Origin: Rhodospirillales bacterium
GTDB taxonomy: Bacteria; Pseudomonadota; Alphaproteobacteria; Rhodospirillales; 2-02-FULL-58-16
NCBI GenBank assembly: GCA_036012725.1
Contig: DASCPW010000054.1
Location: forward strand, 1 to 61,841
Direction of reading: 5' to 3'
Length of the DNA stretch: 61,841 nucleotides
Positions within the stretch are counted from its first letter, which is position 1. Each line of letters starts with the position of its first letter. Both the position numbers and the translations under genes were made by a program. The notes under the pieces were generated by a model that was given only the letters and a program-made list of their open reading frames with translations, was not told the origin of the DNA and did not search any database. This document shows, piece by piece, positions 36,745-46,228 of the stretch.

Positions 36745-38661
36745 ATGAGTAAAGGGCACGAGCGGAACACCGGATCGCATCCGCCGAGCGTTTCAGTCGC
36801 CGGCGGTGGAGCCGTGATTGAATCCTATCTCAAAAATCTGGCCGCCTTGCCCGGCGTCTACCGAATGATCAATGACGCCGGCGCCGTCCTTTACGTGGGA
36901 AAGGCCAAGAACCTCAAAAAACGGGTCGCCGCCTATACCCATCCGCTACGCCTTTCCAACCGGCTCAGACGGATGATCGCCGAAACGGCGGCGATGGAAT
37001 TCGTTATCACTCACACCGAAGCCGAGGCATTGCTGCTCGAAGCCAACCTGATCAAGCGCTTCCATCCGCGCTACAACATCCTGCTTCGCGACGACAAGTC
37101 ATTTCCGTCAATTCTTGTCTCTTCCGGCCACCCCTTCCCACAGGTCGTCAAGCATCGGGGGGCTGAAAACCGCAAGGGCGATTATTTCGGTCCCTTCGCT
37201 TCCGTTTGGGCGGTGAACGAAACCCTCACCGTGCTGCAAAAGGCTTTTCTTTTGCGAACCTGCACGGACTCTGTTTTATCGAGCCGCACCAGGCCTTGCC
37301 TTCTCTATCAGATCAAGCGCTGCTCTGCGCCTTGCGTGGGCCGGGTCGGCGAGACCGAATATCGCTTCCTGGTTGACCAGGCGCATGCCTTTCTGAGCGG
37401 CGAAAGCCGGAAAATCCAGCGCCGTTTCGCCAAGCGCATGCAACAAGCTAGCGACGCCCTGGAATTCGAAAAAGCAGCCCAGTACCGCGACCGAATTCAG
37501 GCCTTGACGCGAATACAGGCGCACCAAGATATCAATCTTTCGGGCATCAGCGAGGCCGATCTACTCGCCTTGTACCAAACCGGCGGCCAGACCTGCATTC
37601 AGGTTTTCTTTTTCCGCGCCGGACGCAATTATGGCAACCAGGCTTATTTCCCCAGCCACGCCGGCGACGAGGGCGCGGCACCGGTGCTGGAGGCCTTCAT
37701 CGGCCAATTTTATGCCGCCAAGCCGCCCCCTAAACAGGTCCTGGTCAGCCACCGCTTGCCTAACCTGAAACTGGTCACCGAAGCCTTGAGCGTCGCCGCC
37801 GGCTGCCGCATACGGGTTCATCGCCCCGAACGGGGAGAGAAAAGAAAATTGATGGCCCATGCCGAAGCCAACGCCCGCGAGAGCTTGCAACGCCGCCTTG
37901 CCGAAAGCGCCACCCAGCGCCGATTGCTCGACGGGCTGTCGAAAGCCCTCAACCTGGATGCACCGCCGCGACGGATCGAGGTTTTCGATAACAGCCATGT
38001 CTCCGGCAAGGAGGCCGTCGGTGCCATGATCGTCGCCGACCGCGAGGGCCTGATCAAAAAAGCCTATCGGAAATTCACCTTAAGAGACGGCGAGGGCGAG
38101 GGAGGCAAGGCTTGTTTTTCGGCTGGTGACGACTACGCGATGCTCGGCGAAGTGCTGACCCGGCGATTTTCCCGCGCCTTGAAGGAAGACCCGGATCGGG
38201 CCGGCGGACAATGGCCAGATCTGGTTCTCATCGATGGCGGCGGCGGCCATCTCGGCATCGCCTTGGAGGTTTTCCGGGAATTGGGCATCGAGGGTATCAG
38301 TGTCGCCGCCATCGCCAAGGGAGCCGACCGCAACGCCGGGCGCGAGCGCATCCACTTGCCAGGCCGCCGGCCCTTGAACCTGAAAGCCCGTGATCCGGTT
38401 CTTTTTTTTCTCCAGCGGCTCCGCGACGAAGCCCATCGGTTCGCCATCGGCGCGCATCGGGCCAAACGGACGAAAACATTGTCCCGCTCGGCCGTTGACG
38501 GCATTCCCGGCATCGGGCCGAAGCGGAAAAGAGCACTGTTGCATCATTTCGGTTCGGCCCGCGCCATCGCCGCCGCCGGAAGAGGCGACCTGGAAACGGT
38601 TGACGGCATCAGCAGGGCCATGGCCAACAAAATTTATGACTGGTTTCATGCCGTAAGCTAG
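36745..38661 (+). CDS. uvrC: excinuclease ABC subunit C
   Basis: It contains a GIY-YIG N-terminus (LPGVYRMINDAGAVLYVGKAKNLKKRV) and a C-terminal HhH (IPGIGPKRKRALLHHFGS). The start is either ATG 36745 or GTG 36712. Confidence 0.9.
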   Translation: MSKGHERNTGSHPPSVSVAGGGAVIESYLKNLAALPGVYRMINDAGAVLYVGKAKNLKKRVAAYTHPLRLSNRLRRMIAETAAMEFVITHTEAEALLLEANLIKRFHPRYNILLRDDKSFPSILVSSGHPFPQVVKHRGAENRKGDYFGPFASVWAVNETLTVLQKAFLLRTCTDSVLSSRTRPCLLYQIKRCSAPCVGRVGETEYRFLVDQAHAFLSGESRKIQRRFAKRMQQASDALEFEKAAQYRDRIQALTRIQAHQDINLSGISEADLLALYQTGGQTCIQVFFFRAGRNYGNQAYFPSHAGDEGAAPVLEAFIGQFYAAKPPPKQVLVSHRLPNLKLVTEALSVAAGCRIRVHRPERGEKRKLMAHAEANARESLQRRLAESATQRRLLDGLSKALNLDAPPRRIEVFDNSHVSGKEAVGAMIVADREGLIKKAYRKFTLRDGEGEGGKACFSAGDDYAMLGEVLTRRFSRALKEDPDRAGGQWPDLVLIDGGGGHLGIALEVFRELGIEGISVAAIAKGADRNAGRERIHLPGRRPLNLKARDPVLFFLQRLRDEAHRFAIGAHRAKRTKTLSRSAVDGIPGIGPKRKRALLHHFGSARAIAAAGRGDLETVDGISRAMANKIYDWFHAVS

Positions 38662-38750
38662 AATAGGACGCCCCGCCCACACCCGCGAGCGAAGGGAGGT
38701 CCCGCCGGCTCGTTCCTGGTGTTAGGCTCGGCCGCAACACGGAAACCGCC

Positions 38751-39323
38751 ATGCTGACAAAGCTGCCGAATATTCTAACCTTTTCGCGCATCCTCGCCAT
38801 TCCGGTGGTTGTCGCTCTGTTGCTGCTGCCGGCCCCGCTTGGCAACTGGTTGGCTTTCTCGGTTTTTGTTTTTGCCGGCATCACCGATTTCTTCGACGGC
38901 TACCTGGCCCGGGCCTGGCATCAACAATCGGCGTTCGGGCGTTTCTTGGACCCCATCGCCGACAAGCTTCTGGTGGCGGCCGTGTTGTTGATGCTGGTCG
39001 CCGCCGAACATATCCAAGGGTTGACCATCTTGCCGGCGGCGGTGATCTTGTGCCGCGAAATTTTAGTTTCCGGCTTGCGCGAGTTTTTGGCCGAGGCCAG
39101 CGTCAGCATGCCGGTGACTTTTCTCGCCAAATGGAAGACATTGATCCAGATGGTGGCCTTGAGTTTTCTTTTGGTCGGCGATGCCGGTCCCGACTTCGGA
39201 CCACTATCAACGCTCGAAATTGGCGTTTACGGGCTGTGGGGAGCGGCCATCTTGACGCTGGTCTCGGGTTACGATTACCTGCGGGCCGGGTTAAAGCACA
39301 TCAATGAAACCGATTTGTACTAA
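38751..39323 (+). CDS. pgsA: CDP-diacylglycerol--glycerol-3-phosphate 3-phosphatidyltransferase
   Basis: It contains PNILTFSRI and the CDP-alcohol phosphotransferase motif DFFDGYLAR...G..LDPIADK. Confidence 0.9.
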   Translation: MLTKLPNILTFSRILAIPVVVALLLLPAPLGNWLAFSVFVFAGITDFFDGYLARAWHQQSAFGRFLDPIADKLLVAAVLLMLVAAEHIQGLTILPAAVILCREILVSGLREFLAEASVSMPVTFLAKWKTLIQMVALSFLLVGDAGPDFGPLSTLEIGVYGLWGAAILTLVSGYDYLRAGLKHINETDLY

Positions 39324-39426
39324 TTTGTTAAAGTAGAGCGGATCGTAATCCGGCCGCGGGTCAAATGGTTCCAGGAGACTTTTGCGTTTCCACGAACGGA
39401 CCAAACAGCATCGAAAGGAAGCTGGG

Positions 39427-39837
39427 ATGTCGAAAGAAAAGCACAAGCTTGCACGGATCGCCGGCAAATTCCGAAAATCTGAAATTTATTCGACGCGGAA
39501 GGTCCTGCTGGCGGCGGCTGCGGCGGGGATGGTTTTCGTTGCCACGGCACGGGCGGAGCTACCTGGTTTTTACTCAGGCGAGGATCTTGCCGCCTTTTGC
39601 ACCGAGGAGGAACTGCCTGAAATAGAAACCCTATGCCTGGGTTACGTGGCCGCCGTCGCCGACATTGTAACGAGCCAGGGGCTTTCCAAGTTTCGCGTAT
39701 GCAGGACCGAAATCGTAAGCGTCGGCGAAGCGGAAAAGGTCGTTAAGAGATGGCTGGATGAGCATAAATCCCAACTTCATCTGCCCGCCCATATCGTCGT
39801 TGCCAAAGCCCTCGCCAAGGCCTACCCCTGCAAGTGA
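39427..39837 (+). CDS. hypothetical periplasmic protein (Rap1a/Tai4-like Cys pattern)
   Basis: It has a signal/TM segment VLLAAAAAGMVFVATARA, then ...FC.....LCLGYVAAVADI...VC......VVKRWLDEH...PAHIVVAKALAKAYPC. The family call is from memory only. Confidence 0.45.
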   Translation: MSKEKHKLARIAGKFRKSEIYSTRKVLLAAAAAGMVFVATARAELPGFYSGEDLAAFCTEEELPEIETLCLGYVAAVADIVTSQGLSKFRVCRTEIVSVGEAEKVVKRWLDEHKSQLHLPAHIVVAKALAKAYPCK

Positions 39838-39866
39838 AAAGCTGGCGGCTTCGCCGTTTTAAAAAG

Positions 39867-40656
39867 ATGGCCGGAAACTTGCGCGCCTTCATTGCGCTGT
39901 TTCTTTTGCTTGCCTTTCCGGCGCTTGCCCTTGAAGGGCTGGAAAAAGGCGAAAGCGCCAAGTCGCCAAGGTGGTGGATGGGGATACGGTGGTCCTCAAA
40001 CACGCCATCGATGGAGCCCTTCAAGTGCGCCTGGTCGGCATCCAGGCGCCGAAGCTGCCCTTGGGGGGCCAGGATTCAACCCCTGGCCCTTGGCTGAAGA
40101 GGCCGAGCGGGGGCTGGTGGCGTTGGTCGCCGGGCAGCGGCTGACGCTTTCCTTCGGCGGCCGTCGCAAGGACTGCCACGGGTGCCTGCTGGCCCATCTG
40201 CACGACAGCGGCGGGGTCTGGATCCAAGGTGAAATGCTGCGCCTCGGGCTTGTCAGGGTCTATAGTTTTGCCGACAATCGGGCGGCGGTGGCGGAAATGC
40301 TGGCGCGCGAGCGCCAGGCCCGGGCGGCCGGGCTCGGCATCTGGGACGATCCCTACTACGCCATCCCCGCGCCAGCCGAGGCAGCCGGTGACATCGGCAC
40401 CTTTCAGATTGTTGAAGGGCGGGGGCTCGAGGCGGCGAATGTCAAGGGCCGGGTCTATTTGAATTTTGGCCTCGACTGGCGGAGCGATTTCACGGTGACG
40501 GTCGCCGCCAAAGCACGAAAGCTTTTCGCCGGCAATGGTATCAACCTATTGGCCCTGAAACGCCGGCGGCTGCGGGCACGGGGCTGGCTGAAACAAAGAA
40601 ACGGGCCAATGATCGAGGCCAGTCATCCGGAACAGATCGAAATTCTCGCCGATTAA
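39867..40656 (+). pseudogene. thermonuclease (SNase-like) family protein with two -1 frameshifts
   Basis: The signal peptide MAGNLRAFIALFLLLAFPALA is in frame 0. VAKVVDGDTVVLKHAIDGALQVRLVGIQAPKLPLG is in frame 2, with the shift near 39960. GPGFNPWPLAEEAERGLVAL... continues to the end in frame 1, with the shift in the G6 run at 40063-40068. Confidence 0.7.
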
Positions 40657-40717
40657 CCACCAGTGGCGGAGCGGTGGATTTCCATCCCGGCGCCGGGCCC
40701 AGTATAATCCTTAAACC

Positions 40718-42187
40718 ATGCTCCGCCTGATCAACCCCGCCCTCTTGATTGTGCCGCTGCTGGCGCTTGGTGCCTGCACGGTCAATCCGGCCACCGGCAA
40801 GCAGAGTTTCACCGGCTTCATGTCGCGTTCCGACGAAATGGAAGTCGGGAGCAAGGAACACCCCAAGATCCTCAAGGAATACGGCGGCCGTTACGACGGC
40901 AACGGGATCAATGCCTATGTCAGGGACATCGGTCTCGGGCTGGCGCGGGTCTCGGAAGTAGCGGGCCTACCTTATACCTTCACCGTTTTGAACGACGACA
41001 AAGTCAACGCCTTCGCCCTTCCCGGCGGATATGTCTACATCACCCGAGGGCTTCTCGCCTTGGCCGACAACGAGGCCGAGATGGCCGGCGTGCTTGCCCA
41101 TGAGATCGGTCATGTCACCGCCCGCCACACGGCGCAGCGCTACAGCCAGGCCATGGCCACCAACTTAAGCTTGCAGTTGCTGAGCGCCATTGGCGGCAGC
41201 GCCGGAATGCCGGCGGGATTGGGCAGTCTGGTCTCCTTCGGCGTCCGGGCCGTCTTGCAGGGCTATTCCCGCGAGCAGGAACTGGAAGCCGACATGCTGG
41301 GGGTGCGCTACATGGTCCGCGCCGGCTACGACGCCAAGGCCATGATCTCCTTTTTCGCCAAGATGGAAGCGCATAAACGCTTGATCGCGGTTGCCAGCGA
41401 CGATCCCAAGGCCGCGCAGCGTTTCCACATCATGGCCAGCCACCCGCGCACCAGCGACCGCATCAGTCAGGCCATTGGCTTGGCCAAGGCAGCGCCGGCC
41501 GGGCGCCCCAGGCTGCAACGGCAAACCTACCTTGCCCACATCGACGGCCTTCTTTTCGGCGACGATCCCAAACAGGGAATCCGCAAAGGGCGCCTGTTTT
41601 TGCACCCAGGTCTGCGCTTCCGGTTCCAGGTTCCGCCTAATTTCGTATTGTTCAATTCCCCGGCCAAGGTCATCGCCCGCGGCCCCGGCGGATCGGTCAT
41701 CGCTTTTGACATGGCCAGCGCCGGCAAGGCCAAGGCGGTGGGCAACATGGCCGCCTATCTCGCCGACACCTGGGGTTTGCGGAAAGTCGAAAGGATCACC
41801 GTCAACGGCATGGAGGCGGCCACCGGTGAGAAAAAGATATGGTCCCGCAAAGGTGGCCGGATGGATGCCCGGCTGGTCGCCATCCGAGAGCGCGCCGGGC
41901 AGATCTACCGCTTCGCCTTCATCACGCCGCCAGCCCTGACCCGGCGCCTGGCCTTGGGCCTGCAACGCACCACCTACAGCTTCCGCCGCCTGTCGCCCCG
42001 GGAAACGGCGGCGATCAAGCCGTTGCGGCTCACCGTCATCACCGTCGCCGACGGCGACACGGCGGCAACGCTGGCCCGGCGCATGCCTTTCGAGAAGTTC
42101 CGCCTGAAGCGGTTCGAGACCCTGAACGGATTACGAAGAGGGCAGACCCTTGTTCCCGGAAGCCGGGTCAAGATCGTCGCCGAGTGA
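40718..42187 (+). CDS. M48 family metallopeptidase lipoprotein with C-terminal LysM-like domain
   Basis: It has a lipobox LLALGAC, the HEIGH zinc motif (VLAHEIGHVTARH) and a C-terminal VITVADGDTAATLARRM...LNGL...LVPGSRVKIV. Confidence 0.85.
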   Translation: MLRLINPALLIVPLLALGACTVNPATGKQSFTGFMSRSDEMEVGSKEHPKILKEYGGRYDGNGINAYVRDIGLGLARVSEVAGLPYTFTVLNDDKVNAFALPGGYVYITRGLLALADNEAEMAGVLAHEIGHVTARHTAQRYSQAMATNLSLQLLSAIGGSAGMPAGLGSLVSFGVRAVLQGYSREQELEADMLGVRYMVRAGYDAKAMISFFAKMEAHKRLIAVASDDPKAAQRFHIMASHPRTSDRISQAIGLAKAAPAGRPRLQRQTYLAHIDGLLFGDDPKQGIRKGRLFLHPGLRFRFQVPPNFVLFNSPAKVIARGPGGSVIAFDMASAGKAKAVGNMAAYLADTWGLRKVERITVNGMEAATGEKKIWSRKGGRMDARLVAIRERAGQIYRFAFITPPALTRRLALGLQRTTYSFRRLSPRETAAIKPLRLTVITVADGDTAATLARRMPFEKFRLKRFETLNGLRRGQTLVPGSRVKIVAE

Positions 42188-42549
42188 CGACGCCTTTCGC
42201 GCCACGTAGCCGTCGAGCCTGGCGATCAGGGCTTGCCGCGAAGGGGCGTCGAGAAAAGACGCCAGGAACGAGTTTCGAGATCCGCCATGTTCCGCGCTTA
42301 AGCAAAAGGCAACGATAAAACCGGGGGTCGAGACAACGGGAATCCTTTCTCTTGCACGGGCAGGGGGGGGGATTGGCGTAAACTAAACATAACATTATCA
42401 GTACGCTCGTGACTTTAGCAAGAAAAAGGGGGGGGCGATGTCGGAACTTCCAATGAAGTAACCCCCAAATAGTGGTCCAAAGTTTATTAAGGAGTTTGGC
42501 GCATTCTGAACCTTGAAGGAGGACGAAAGCATCTGTAGGGCCGTTGGCA

Positions 42550-45228
42550 TCAGGCCGTTTTCAGTTTGCCCAAGACATAGTGGAGAATGCCGCCGCTGGT
42601 GAAATATTTGGCTTCGTCCTGGGTGTCGATGCGGCAGAGCAGCGTCAACCTCTGGCGCCCGCCATCGGCGCGGATGATGTCGCAGGTGACGTCCATGCCG
42701 GGCCGGATGCCACCGCCAAGCCCGCTGATGTCAAAGGCCTCGCTACCCGTCAGCCGCAAGGTCTCGCGGCTTTCACCCTCCTTGAATTGCAAGGGCAGAA
42801 CGCCCATGCCGATAAGGTTGGAGCGGTGGATACGCTCGAAACTCTCGACGATCACCGCCTTGACGCCGAGCAGCCGCGTCCCCTTGGCCGCCCAGTCCCG
42901 CGACGAGCCGGTTCCATATTCCTTGCCGGCGATAACCACCAGCGGAATGCCTTTGGCCTGGTATTTCATGGCGGCATCATAAACAGCCGTGATCTCACCC
43001 GTTGGCAGGTGCCGGGTGACGCCGCCTTGCGTCCCCGCCGCCATCTCGTTGCATATACGGATATTGGCGAAGGTGCCGCGCATCATCACCTGGTGGTTGC
43101 CCCGGCGCGAGCCGTAGGAATTGAAGTCCTCGGCGGCAACGCCTTTGCCGGCAAGATAGCTCCCCGCCGGGCTGTCGGCCATGATGGTGCCGGCCGGCGA
43201 GATGTGGTCGGTGGTCACCCTGTCGCCAAGGATAAGCAGGGGCAGAGCGCCGGTTATGTCTGCCACCGCCGCGCTCTCTTCGCCAGCGAAGAAGGGCGGC
43301 TGGCGGACATAAGTGGATTCGGCGTTCCAATCGTAGGTCAGGCCGGCGGCATCCTCCAGGTCCCGCCAGGCTGGCGGTCCCGTAAAGACGCCGGCATAGC
43401 GTTGGCGGAACATTTCCGTGGTCAAGACGCCGTTGACGGTCTTTTGGATTTCTTCATTGCTCGGCCAGACGTCCTTGAGGTAGACCGGGTCCCCGCTTGT
43501 CCCCTTGGCCAAGGGTTCGTTCAACAAATCGCGCCTCATCGAGCCGGCCAGGGCATAAGCCACCACCAGCGGCGGTGAGGCCAGGTAGTTGGCCTTGACG
43601 TGCGGGCTGATACGGCCTTCGAAGTTGCGGTTGCCGGAAAGCACCGCCGCCGCCACCAGATCGCCGCCCCCGATGGCCTCGGCGATGCCGCCTGCCAGCG
43701 GCCCGGAATTGCCGATACAAGTGGTGCAACCGAAACCGGCGAGATTGAAGCCGAGGGCATCGAGATGCTCTTGCAGGCCGGCGGCGGCCAAGTAGTCGGC
43801 GACCACCTGCGAGCCGGGCGCCAACGAGGTCTTGACCCAGGGTTTGCTCATGATGCCCTTGCCGACGGCGTTGCGGGCCAGCAATCCGGCGGCGACGAGG
43901 ACGGAAGGGTTGGAGGTGTTGGTGCAACTGGTGATCGCGGCAATGACGACATCACCGTCGCGGAGATCGTAATCGGCGTTCTCAACCTTGACCGAGCGCG
44001 GCAGGCCGACCCCGGCCATGCCCTCGAGAGTTGTCGAGAAGGCGGCCGCCGAGTCGCCAAGGGCGATCCGTTCCTGCGGGTGCTTGGGACCGGCCAGGCT
44101 GGGCCCGACGCCGGCGATGTCGAGTTCGACTATATCGGTGAAAAGGGGATCCGGGGCGCCGCTATCGCGCCACAAGCCTTGCGCCTTTGCGTAATCCTCG
44201 ACCAAGAACAGGCGCTCCGGGTCGCGGGCGGTGAGTTTCAGATAGCGGATGGTCTCGGCGTTGATGGGAAAGAAGCCGCAGGTGGCGCCGTATTCAGGCG
44301 CCATGTTGGCGATGGTGGCACGGTCGGGAAGCGACAAGCCATCGACGCCGGGTCCGAAAAATTCGACGAACTTGCCGACGACTCCATGGGCTCTCAAAAC
44401 CTCCACCACTTTCAGAACCAAGTCGGTGGCCGTGGTCCCTTCTTTCAGCGCCCCGCTCAGGCGCACTCCCACCACCTGGGGGATCAGCATGGAGATGGGC
44501 TGGCCCAGCATCGCCGCCTCGGCCTCGATGCCGCCGACTCCCCAGCCCAGCACGGACAGGCCGTTGGCCATGGTGGTGTGGCTGTCAGTGCCGACCAGGG
44601 TATCGGGATAGGCGAGGAGCTTGCCGTTCTCCCCATCGGCGCCGGTCCACACGACCTGCGCCAAGTGCTCGATGTTGACCTGGTGGCAAATGCCGGTGCC
44701 GGGCGGCACCACCCGGAAATTATCAAACGCCGTCTGTCCCCAGCGGAGGAATTCATAGCGTTCCCGGTTGCGCCGAAATTCCATCTCCATGTTGCGCCCG
44801 GCCGCCTCCGCCGTGCCGAAGTGGTCGATGGTCACGGAATGGTCGATGACCAAATCGACCGGCGACAAGGGATTGATCTTTTTGGCGTCGCCGCCCGCCG
44901 CAACCACGGCATCACGCATAGCGGCCAGATCGACGACGGCCGGGACGCCGGTGAAATCCTGCATCAGGACGCGGGCCGGGTGATAGGCGATCTCGCGGTC
45001 CGAGCGGCGGTCCTCAAGCCAGCCGCCGAAGGCTTGGATGTCTAGGGCGGTGACCGACCGCCCGTCTTCCCAGCGCAGAAGGTTTTCAAGCAACACCTTG
45101 AGGGAATAGGGCAACCGCGCAATATCGCCGAGACCGGCGGCGGCGGCCGCGTCCAAGCTGAAGTAATCGTAGGTTTTGCCGGCGGAGGTCAGCGTCCGGC
45201 GAGTTTTCAGACTATCTGCCGAGGTCAA
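42550..45228 (-). CDS. acnA: aconitate hydratase A
   Basis: It is 892 aa and contains the aconitase/IRP signatures VVIDHSV, GTDSHTTM, ITSCTNTSNP, CTTCIGNSG and GSSRDWAAKG. Confidence 0.95.
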   Translation of the reverse strand: MTSADSLKTRRTLTSAGKTYDYFSLDAAAAAGLGDIARLPYSLKVLLENLLRWEDGRSVTALDIQAFGGWLEDRRSDREIAYHPARVLMQDFTGVPAVVDLAAMRDAVVAAGGDAKKINPLSPVDLVIDHSVTIDHFGTAEAAGRNMEMEFRRNRERYEFLRWGQTAFDNFRVVPPGTGICHQVNIEHLAQVVWTGADGENGKLLAYPDTLVGTDSHTTMANGLSVLGWGVGGIEAEAAMLGQPISMLIPQVVGVRLSGALKEGTTATDLVLKVVEVLRAHGVVGKFVEFFGPGVDGLSLPDRATIANMAPEYGATCGFFPINAETIRYLKLTARDPERLFLVEDYAKAQGLWRDSGAPDPLFTDIVELDIAGVGPSLAGPKHPQERIALGDSAAAFSTTLEGMAGVGLPRSVKVENADYDLRDGDVVIAAITSCTNTSNPSVLVAAGLLARNAVGKGIMSKPWVKTSLAPGSQVVADYLAAAGLQEHLDALGFNLAGFGCTTCIGNSGPLAGGIAEAIGGGDLVAAAVLSGNRNFEGRISPHVKANYLASPPLVVAYALAGSMRRDLLNEPLAKGTSGDPVYLKDVWPSNEEIQKTVNGVLTTEMFRQRYAGVFTGPPAWRDLEDAAGLTYDWNAESTYVRQPPFFAGEESAAVADITGALPLLILGDRVTTDHISPAGTIMADSPAGSYLAGKGVAAEDFNSYGSRRGNHQVMMRGTFANIRICNEMAAGTQGGVTRHLPTGEITAVYDAAMKYQAKGIPLVVIAGKEYGTGSSRDWAAKGTRLLGVKAVIVESFERIHRSNLIGMGVLPLQFKEGESRETLRLTGSEAFDISGLGGGIRPGMDVTCDIIRADGGRQRLTLLCRIDTQDEAKYFTSGGILHYVLGKLKTA

Positions 45229-45404
45229 GTCGTTTCTCCCGGATGATTTCGTTGCTATCGGCCGACGCTCTCCTTTTGTCGGGGCGGCTTCGCCGATAAA
45301 GGCGCATGGCTATAGCATATTTTTCCATCAAAGCCATTGATGCATATGGAGGGGCGGGTGGCATCGGCATGAAATCGCCACATTCCCGGTGTTATATTGT
45401 TTGC

Positions 45405-45509
45405 ATTAAGACCCCCATCTAGAGAGTACCCCCTCTCTGGCCCCATTACCGGCAAATTACCGCCGGAAGACCTGGTTGGGCTCCTAATCGGAGCCCAACC
45501 TTCTTTTTT
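45405..45509 (+). ncRNA. candidate small RNA or ccmA leader RNA (5' end uncertain)
   Basis: There are three stem-loops: AGAGAG-tacccc-CTCTCT (45421-38), CCGGC-aaattacc-GCCGG (45450-67) and a terminal intrinsic terminator. The loops and spacers are C-rich. There is no plus-strand coding gene upstream that this terminator could end. Confidence 0.35.
45474..45509 (+). terminator. Rho-independent terminator
   Basis: A perfect 11-bp stem GGTTGGGCTCC/GGAGCCCAACC with loop TAATC is followed by TTCTTTTTT. Confidence 0.75.
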
Positions 45510-45565
45510 GCCAGCTTTTGCGGTACCTTGCATCGTCGATATCGGTCTTCTTTCCAGGACGTCCC

Positions 45566-46228
45566 ATGGCATTGTTCAGCGGCGAGGATCTGCTTTGCAT
45601 CCGCGGCGAGCGCGTTGTCTTCGAGGCTTTGCATTTCACTATAGGTGCCGGCGGGGCGCTGCTGCTGACCGGTGCCAACGGCAGCGGCAAGTCGAGCCTG
45701 TTGCGTCTGATGACGGGTCTGCTCGCCCCGGCATCCGGACGCATCGCCTGGGATGGCGAGGATACCAGCGAAGACCCGGAGCGCCACAACGCCAGAATGC
45801 ATTATGTCGGCCACCTGGACCCGGTCAAACCGATGTTGACGGTGGCCGAGAACCTGCGCTTCTGGGCCGGGCTGAAAACCGGAAACGGAGCCGTCGCGGG
45901 CGCCGCCCTGGAGGCTTTCGGAATCGCGCATTTGAGCGCCGTTCCCGGCCGCTATCTTTCGGCGGGACAGAAACGCCGTCTCAATTTGGCCCGCCTCGAA
46001 GCCTCGCCGGCGCCCCTTTGGCTGCTCGACGAACCAACGGCGGCGCTTGACGCTGAGGCCGTTGACGGTTTGCGCGACGCCATTGGTCGGCATCGCTCGG
46101 CTGGCGGCATGGTGGTCTTATCCACGCATGCCGAGATGGGCCTGGACGGGGCCCAGGTCCTGGATCTCGGGGATTTCGGCGCGGCCACTCAAGCGACGGC
46201 GGCGGGGCGGCGGGAGGAAAGGCCGTGA
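45566..46228 (+). CDS. ccmA: heme exporter ATP-binding protein CcmA
   Basis: It has a Walker A GANGSGKSSLLR, the signature LSAGQKRRL and a Walker B LWLLDEP. Confidence 0.9.
   Translation: MALFSGEDLLCIRGERVVFEALHFTIGAGGALLLTGANGSGKSSLLRLMTGLLAPASGRIAWDGEDTSEDPERHNARMHYVGHLDPVKPMLTVAENLRFWAGLKTGNGAVAGAALEAFGIAHLSAVPGRYLSAGQKRRLNLARLEASPAPLWLLDEPTAALDAEAVDGLRDAIGRHRSAGGMVVLSTHAEMGLDGAQVLDLGDFGAATQATAAGRREERP

Noticed and set aside
42168-42395. The ORF 42168..42395 (-), a tiny ORF (MSELPMK, 42438-42461) after the G8 tract, and a fluoride-riboswitch-like GGCGATG string.
   Set aside because: The long ORF overlaps the M48 gene 3' end and has a low-complexity translation. The 7-codon ORF has no support beyond a G-rich upstream run. 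The crcB-motif core (…CUGAUGAU.CCUAC) is absent.
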